A stretch of 60,000 nt of DNA, taken from Camelus ferus. Taxonomy: Eukaryota. The stretch lies in contig NC_045696.1 of assembly GCF_009834535.1 (NCBI RefSeq), positions 6,512,001-6,572,000 of the forward strand. The letters run 5' to 3'. Both the position numbers and the translations under genes were made by a program. Under the pieces are notes generated by a model that did no database searches, was not told where the DNA came from, and saw only the letters and a program-made list of their open reading frames with translations. The number at the start of each line of letters is the position of its first letter. The stretch's first letter is position 1. Shown here piece after piece: positions 52,701 through 60,000 of the stretch.

Positions 52701-55700
52701 AGTTTGCATTAGGCTGCATTCTTCTCGGATTAGTCTATTGTGGGCATACATATGCCTGTGTAGGTTCCTGTGAGCAACAAGTAATACATCACATGAATTA
52801 TAATCGTAGGCTCATCCTCTGGCAAGTTTTAGTTCTTGCAGGACCTTACACAGTACAGCTCATATCCATTCATAACAGCCTTTAAAAATGATGAAAGGAG
52901 AAAGGAGAAACACCGAAGCAGTATGAATACACAAAATAACTCAAAGTTTAAGACAATATTCTTTATTTTGGTGACGTTAAGCTAGTTTTGTTCTTTTTTA
53001 TTTGGGGAGATGTGGAACAATTAGGTCCTGAGGTTGAAGAGCTGATGGAATTCACAAAAGGAGGGAAGGCGTAATAAACACATGCCTGAAGATTTGAGAG
53101 GTGAGTGGGAAAATTCTAGACTCAGCAACCATAAGGCTTCTGTCACCAGGGACAGGTTTTATTCTATGTTTTAATACTTCAATGATCTAAGTATTTTTGG
53201 AAGTTTCTGAGGGTAAATGAGGGAAATAAGGCAAATTATTAATCTTCACATAGCAGTTTTTGTCACTCACTCTCCCTCCCATCCAATGAGTAAAAGTTAC
53301 GTCATAATCTGGTTCTAAGGAGTCGGGTCTGCAATCTACCATATGAGCTGTCTTCAAATAACACAGCTAATCATTTTGTAGTGGAAGATGATCAATGCTA
53401 TTGACCTTTTAGCCTAAAACAGAAAACATGAGTGACTATTCAGTAAATTGTCTTTCTGTCTGTCTGTCTGTCTTTCCTTCTTCCTTTCTTTCCACTTAAC
53501 TGAAAGCAAGACTGTCATGTGTGTCAAATGTAAAAAGAATATTCATCTAAAGTCTGGATTTTTATCCAAAGTTCTAAAAAGATGTCTGAACACTGGGCAG
53601 AAAAGGTCACAAGAACCAGCTTTTCCAAGAGAACCATTTCCCAAAAATAATTTCCTAAAAAAAAAAAAATTAAAAAGGCTGCAGTGATTCCAATTCTCAT
53701 CTTGGCTTCAATCAAGACAGAAAAACCTTCAAGTATGATGAGAGGGAAAAATACACATTTTTACCTTCGAATAGGTCTGTTTCAGTTGGGTTAGATATGG
53801 AACTGCTTATGGGGGGTTATGTCAGATTTCAAAACTTCTGGAAACCACCTAGGATCCCCACCCCAGCTTACAGCATCCTCCATGGGCTAGGCGGGATCTG
53901 GTCAGTTGCCTCCAGTTTGCCCCCATCCAAGGTTTGTAAAATTCCCCTCTGAGTGCAGGTGAGCCATGGAGGGTGAAGGATGCTCTTCAGACATTTCAGT
54001 ATTCTGCAACCCCTGCCTCTGGCCTGCCCAGTGAGAAGTTGTCTTAGGAAGCTTTTGGGTTGAAATCCTGTCTTGAAGTGGGCGCTGGAGAAGCGCGTGT
54101 GAGACAAGGTTGCTTGTGCACGTTAGCAAAGAAGCACTGCTGGGAGGAACCTGGGGGTGTGGGGGAGCTGGCCGGAGGAGGGGAGAAGTCAAGGGAGTGT
54201 GAGACCTCAGGCCAAGGCCAGCTCCCCGTCTGATTCGGGGGGAGTTCTGGCATAAAAGTAGCACCTCGGGTAAGGGTAATGGGTGATGGTAATGAGGTAA
54301 TGGGGCTTCCGTGATCTTGCCCCAGTCAGTCTGGTCTAGGAACAGAAAGCGTGATGGGTCATGCAGTCTCCCGAGTGCTCTGGCTCTCTGCATCTGCAAA
54401 GAGGGGGCTCCTCTGGTCCAGGGCACCCTTGCGGAGCTGGTCGCAGGAACTGCGGGTCCTCAGGGGTAATGCACACACAGGCGTCGGCACGGGCGCCCGG
54501 AAATGGTGCAGGAGCTCCAACAAGATCTGGGCAGACGACCAACCACACTGGCCAAAGTCACTAACCCTGTGCATGCTGGAGTGATTCCCTCCCCCGGCAC
54601 GCCAGCCCCCCCTATCACGGCCCCTCACTCCCTCCACGTCTCCCACCCTCCTCCTCCACTCCACCTGGTTTCCAACCAAAATAATATCGGGGATCTCAGC
54701 ACTAAGACTGGAGTCTGATGTAAGATGCACGTGGTCTTATTGTGGACATGGTCAGCGACTCCCAGTGCCAGAAAGGCTCCCTTCTATCGCTAATAGAGCC
54801 CTGAGTTATTGGTATCATGTCCGTGTTGTTTGGTTAGTAACTAAATTGGGTGCCTTCTCTTTGCCACAGTCCCTGAACTGGAGTCAACTGCAGTTCAGCA
54901 GAGAGATAGGCAAATAGCTGGGTAATACATCATAGTAGGTGCTACATGATCAAAATATTCTAGAAGCCCATTGGAAGGGCAGTGGACTTTGCCTGGGAGC
55001 TTGAGGTAAGGCTTCCAGAACAGGGGTCAGTCAAGTTCAACGGACAAGATCTCTATAGGTGGAGATAAAGAAGGGTTGTACACATTCCGGGAAAGAGAAA
55101 CAGAACAAATAATGGTGACGATTAAAAGAGCCCAGGGGGAAAAAGGAGACAAGAGAGCTGAACTCCGGGTCAGCTTCACGATGCAGCTCTGCCATTAGCC
55201 TCACAGCGTTTAGATGGGAGGGATCTAGAAAAATGCTTGGGTCACAGAATCATTAAGAGTGTTTCATTAATTACGAGAGAATATAGGTCAAATTTGCCTG
55301 CCTATGGCCTCAGGGGACAGAAAGTTACTCTTCTCTTTCAACATCAGAAGAATCAAAGCCACGTTTCATTAATTAACATTAACATTTTATGTATGTTATT
55401 AGTCTTTTAAACTATGAACTCAGAGCTCAGATTGGTTCTCTCTCACGTCTACCTTCCAGATTCAGACTTTTAAGTCACTAAACAGAAATGAACTAACTTG
55501 CCCTGAACGGCTGTGTTCCAGAAAGGGCAAGAAGAAGAATCACAAAGGCTCGGTTAGAGCTTGAGGGAGACCGGAGAGCATCCTGTCCAGACTCCTAGTG
55601 ATTCCAGATAAGACCCTGAGGACAAAAGAGTGACTTTCACAGCATCCATAGAGCCAGGAACCCATCAACACTTCATGGAAGGTTCTTGTACACCGTACCG

Positions 55701-56713
55701 TGCTCTGCTAAACTCCACTGACACACGGTTGTACCCGTATCATTTATTCAAGTGCCAGAAACCTTTGTACAAGTTTGTAACGGTGTGAAAAATCACCATG
55801 AGTGTCAGTGCGGGGCTGTCAGGATGTGACCACAGGCTACCTGACACCCTCTCCCCCAGACGTGGCCGCTGGGCTGACACTGATGAAGTTTTGGTCAAGC
55901 AGTGAGAATGATTACACCAAAGACGCGGGTGTGAGAAGCTGCCCTCTTGAATACTGCACCAGATTAAGTGAGAAACAGAGCGGTGTCCCAGGCATTTAAC
56001 TCAAAGTGGAAGCAGGGGCCGGCTCCTGTCTCCAGAGCCACCCTTTGCTTTCAGTGCTTCAGTGGCTGATTACTGAAGATGCTTGGAGCATCTCTCAAGA
56101 AAACGACGGCTCACTCCCAGAGCAGTTTCATCTTGCCTGGCGAGGATGCTGAGGGCTTCTAGCATTCTCTCCCGCTTTGCTCCCCTTTCCCACAGCTTGT
56201 GACCGAAACACCATCCCTGCCGCGGGAACGTCTTCCTCTGCCAGTTTTCCACAACCCAGAACTCAAAGGCCACTTAATGTTTTTCTTCACCAAAGGTTCA
56301 GAGTCAGCGGAGGAAATACAGTAAGTGTGTTTGTCCCTTGCTGGACAGAATCGTGAGCACGCCTGCCCAGTTTTAGGGCACTTGTTAGGGTGAGGACTGT
56401 GGCTGTTTTGTGTTCTGTGAAAGACCTGAGAGATTTTGAACTTAACAACAAATTCTGACAAGGAGCTTAAGAAGCCGACTACTTAAGTCCCAGGGGCAGC
56501 ACTGAACGCTTAAGGCCGAGTGACGGTTTTCCCAGAAACTGAATAGAAAAGCTGGCCTTGCAGGTGAGCTGGCTTTTAAAAGTTTTCCCAGCCCTTGTCA
56601 CAAGGCCAGGTACTCCTTCTGGGCTGAAGGAAGACCTCTTGTGAAGATCAGGTGAATGGGCCTCTTGGATTAGTTAAAATTTCATATGCTCTTGAACTTG
56701 TTCTCAGCTACAG

Positions 56714-57143
56714 TTTTTTTTTTTTTTAAATTTAAACAACTTTATTGTGGTATAATTTCTGTACAGTAAACTACACATATTTCAGATGTACAATTTGATG
56801 AATTTTGGTAGATGGATACACCCATGAAACCACAGTCAAAATACCTAACAATTCCATCAGTCTCCAAGAGGTGCAAATTTCAAACTCCCAATTTATCCCT
56901 TCCCACCCCCTTTACCCCTTGGTAACCATAAGTTTGTTCTCTATGTACAATGGAATACTACTCAGCCATCAAAAAGAATAAAATAATGCCATTTGCAGCA
57001 ACGTGGATGGACCTGGAGATCATCATTCTAAGTGAAGTCAGCCAGAAAGAGAAAGAGAAATGCCATATGATTCACTTACACGTGGAATCTAAAAAAAAAA
57101 AAAAAAAAGGACACAAATGAACTTATTTACAAAACAGAAACAG
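56714..57143 (-). mobile_element. Composite, internally inverted LINE-1
   Basis: Poly-T and old-type L1M 3' end on minus (56714-56866), young L1 3'UTR on minus (56871-56946), then the upstream-adjacent L1 segment on plus (56947-57143, acaatggaatactactcagcc...aaaacagaaacag). Confidence 0.8.
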
Positions 57144-57490
57144 GCACATTTACTAGTTTTTAAACCAGGTCCTGTAGGACAAATCCACCCCCCTCCAGTG
57201 GGCAGGTCACCTGTCTGTGGACTCTTCTAGCAGGTTTCCAGTTACCTGTCTCCTTTTGTTCCTTGGGGCTCCCAGCAGGGGAGCAAATGAGACTGAGAGT
57301 AGCCTCCATTCCCCTCTGGAATTTTTGCCATCTTCCCAGCACCATTCCCAACAAAAAAGAATTCAGCCTCAGGAAAACCCTGAGGCTGCCTTAGGGCTTT
57401 CTCCTATTCCTCTTTAATGGGATGGCACAAAAATTATCCCCAAACTCAATAGTTACTTAATAGAAATGTTACCTCCATGTGATTCCTCTG

Positions 57491-57741
57491 TAGAGGGACA
57501 GGTCATCCTGGTTTTCCCACGACTGTCCCAGTGTTAACCCTGAAAGTCTCATATCCTGGTATATTCTGTGTGGATTCACAGAGAAATGATTCAGGACGTT
57601 ACCAATGAAAGCGTTCCGGCATAATAACATCACTGGATGCCAAGCCAAATAAAGAGCCAGAAAACGTATAATGTGCACCCAGCGGCCTGTGCCAGAGGCC
57701 AGGGACTGCACTTGGGGAAAACGCGATGGCTGGTTACCCTA
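57491..57741. mobile_element. MER81-like hAT-Blackjack MITE split by an insertion (halves 57491-57559 and about 57714-57741)
   Basis: tagagggacaggtcatcctggttttcccacgactgtcccagtgttaaccctgaaagtctcatatcctgg ... ggggaaaacgcgatggctggttacccta; 8-bp flanks ttcctctg and tttccctg (6/8 identical). Confidence 0.75.
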
Positions 57742-59060
57742 TTTCCCTGTGTGTCCCCAGCTCTTTTGTAGACAACTGTCAAATTTTAACACAAAATTTT
57801 TAAAGTGTTAATCTAGGCATGGTATCCTAATTTGTTAACACCAACTGAACATTTACTAGAATATATGGAAAATCCAATTTTGTCAAATGGGAAGATGTAG
57901 ACTTAAAAAGTTAGATGCAGGAAATCCCTGACACTCTGTACAGAGGCTGGTCTCCTCGGTGACTCTGAGTCCCCACACACATCGTGACTTGGGAGAAATG
58001 AGCTGCACAGCACCACTGACACGAACCCGGTGGTGATCTGGTCTCCTCTTGCCTTCTTCAAATGGCGCTTTATTGCCTTAGCAATTGTTGGTGCAACTTT
58101 ATACTGCACGTTAAATACACACATTTTGTTCCTGGTTCACTTCAGACCCACTCTTACCAAGTGAACTGTTCCGTGGTGATTTCCATCAATGAAGGTGCGT
58201 GGTGATGACTGGTTTTCACTGTTGACGGCTTGGCTGGTCAATAGAAATGCAACATCCACAGGGCAGTTTCCATCTCCAGGCTGCTGCGACCAGAATGACC
58301 CCACCTTCCTTTCACAGTCTAGCCACATCATTCATCTGGCACGTGCTACGTACTGGCTTGAATTAACCTGCCTCTTCTATTGCTGTTTTATTGTTGTTAG
58401 CTCTGAACCGACTCCCCAGGTGACCATCTAGGCCAGACAGTGAGACGTCTGTGGCCATGGACCCCCCTCTTCAGCAGATGGCCAACCACAGTATTTCAGG
58501 CATAGTAGGTGGAGTCTGAGTCCAGAACTCAGAGCCACATTTGGGCTATTTAAACTACGGTAGTACGGAAAATGCTATATCATCCTGAATAATTTCAGTG
58601 ATTAACTGGGGAACACAAAAGTAGCGAATCATTCTACCTTTTCCCTTGGTTTTCATATTTTAGTGCTTTGTCTTTGATTTGTGATAAGTCACATACCTTG
58701 GCTTTAAAAAAATCAGGGAGTCACTGGGGTATCTTTCTTCTCGGCTTGGAGATGTCAAACCATAGGCAGTGTGTTTGACTCTATCTGCTGGACGCAGGCA
58801 CTGTCCTCCCTCACCAAGCTCCGCCCAACTGCACCATTCTTAGACCTCACTTGTTCTAACATTTCTTGCCGTAATATTTTGGTTCCTGAGCACATGTAAA
58901 GCCTCTTTCCCATTTCCCCCAAGTGCAGTCCCTGGCCTCTGGCACAGGCCGCTGGGTGCACATTATACGTTGTCTGGCTCTTTATTTGGCTTGGCATCCA
59001 GTGATGTTATGCCGGAACGCTTTCACTTGTAACGTCCTGAATCACTTCTCTGTGAATCCA
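57571..59060. repeat. About 150-bp inverted repeat (arms 57571-57720 and 58913-59060, spacer 1192 bp)
   Basis: Manual reverse-complement alignment: four substitutions, one 3-nt indel and one 1-nt indel over about 150 bp. Confidence 0.97.
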
Positions 59061-60000
59061 TATAGTCTCTACCTCTGATAAGCACACAGAAGAAAGTGAC
59101 TAACACCCTGGTTCCACATCAGTATCACCATTTCTTCTACAAGGCGTAACTGCAGGAAAGCCTAGGAGAATTCTCCTGACTCATTTTAGATATTTATTAT
59201 TTGCAGAACTGGGTAAACAACTAGGATTTTACTTTGGGAGCCTTCCCATTGCAAAGTTGTAACTCGTGGCCAAACATTCTAGTTACTGTGGAAAAACTGA
59301 GCAATGCAAATTGGCAAAACGATGTAAAATGAAGATCCCAGCCGAGCTGTCATAAATTCTAGTGGACTTCATACTGAAGATTAGTAGGAGTATGGTAAGA
59401 GGGGGTTGGGCACTCAAAATCTCAGCTCCTCATCCCCCTGAGCCAACAGTAGGTGCTAATTAAGCCAACACTACCTTGAGAAGTAGCTTTCCCCAGGGCT
59501 ATGCATACTTGTTAAAGAAAAAAAGTGTCTGCGGTCATTCTTGGTCTAGCATTGCACTTTATCTTACCAAGTGCACTTGTAGAGGTGACTGAGTCACCAG
59601 CCGAACAAGGTGATGATAAAGAATGCCAGTAAAGGGATATTTTTTCCTTGCTGTTCCTCTTGATGGTCCAACCTGAGGAACAGGAGCTGGAGACATAGGA
59701 GGCAAGGCTGGGCTCCTGAAACCAAAGAGGTACAGGATTTGAACTTCTTGATGTTTGATAGCACCAGTGCAACTGAAAATGGAGTGATCAAACGTTCTGT
59801 GCTCTTCCTTTAAGAAATATTGCTAAGGTTATTGCACCTCGTGCATTATTTTTGATCACATGCTGAAGGATATTGTCCGTCTGCATCACTGGCTCTGCCC
59901 CTCTAGCTTTGGTTTGCCATCACGGTCGCCCTAACCAGAGTGAGCGCGGACTTGTGACCCGCTCTTCTCCAAACTACTTTCATTGGCGAATGTCTCCTAA

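Noticed and set aside
53902..54730. 174-aa and 123-aa ORFs upstream of the promoter
   Set aside because: Low-complexity, Pro-rich translations typical of GC-rich non-coding DNA; no homology recognised.
57721..58912. Idea that the spacer between the inverted arms is an inverted segment or a transposon with 150-bp TIRs
   Set aside because: Both MITE halves flank the left arm in the same orientation, and there is no TSD outside the arms or transposase remnant. A templated insertion fits better.

Overview
Mammalian genomic DNA, probably cetartiodactyl and possibly camelid (tentative, from the style of the young LINE-1 3' ends and no recognisable Alu/B1/Bov-type SINEs). It contains one protein-coding gene, KCNJ15 (Kir4.2 inward-rectifier K+ channel), on the minus strand. 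The single-exon 375-aa CDS is at 9493-10620. An 89-nt non-coding exon lies at 12941-13029 and a main upstream non-coding exon at about 50250-50679, with candidate alternative first exons near 35.3 kb and 13.3 kb. The rest is intronic or UTR sequence full of MIR, L2, L1 and hAT-type DNA-transposon remnants, and the other short ORFs look like noise. I see no new multi-gene system. The best observations are: (i) a ~150-bp inverted templated insertion inside a MER81-like MITE, copied from 1.2 kb away; (ii) an intact 31-codon in-frame N-terminal extension of Kir4.2 whose start appears to be AGG rather than ATG, within an AUG-free leader; (iii) an alternative first exon whose ATG gives either a uORF or an in-frame extension depending on splicing; (iv) a chimeric, internally inverted L1. 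Repeat family names and cross-species comparisons are from recall, not from a search, and most repeat boundaries are approximate.
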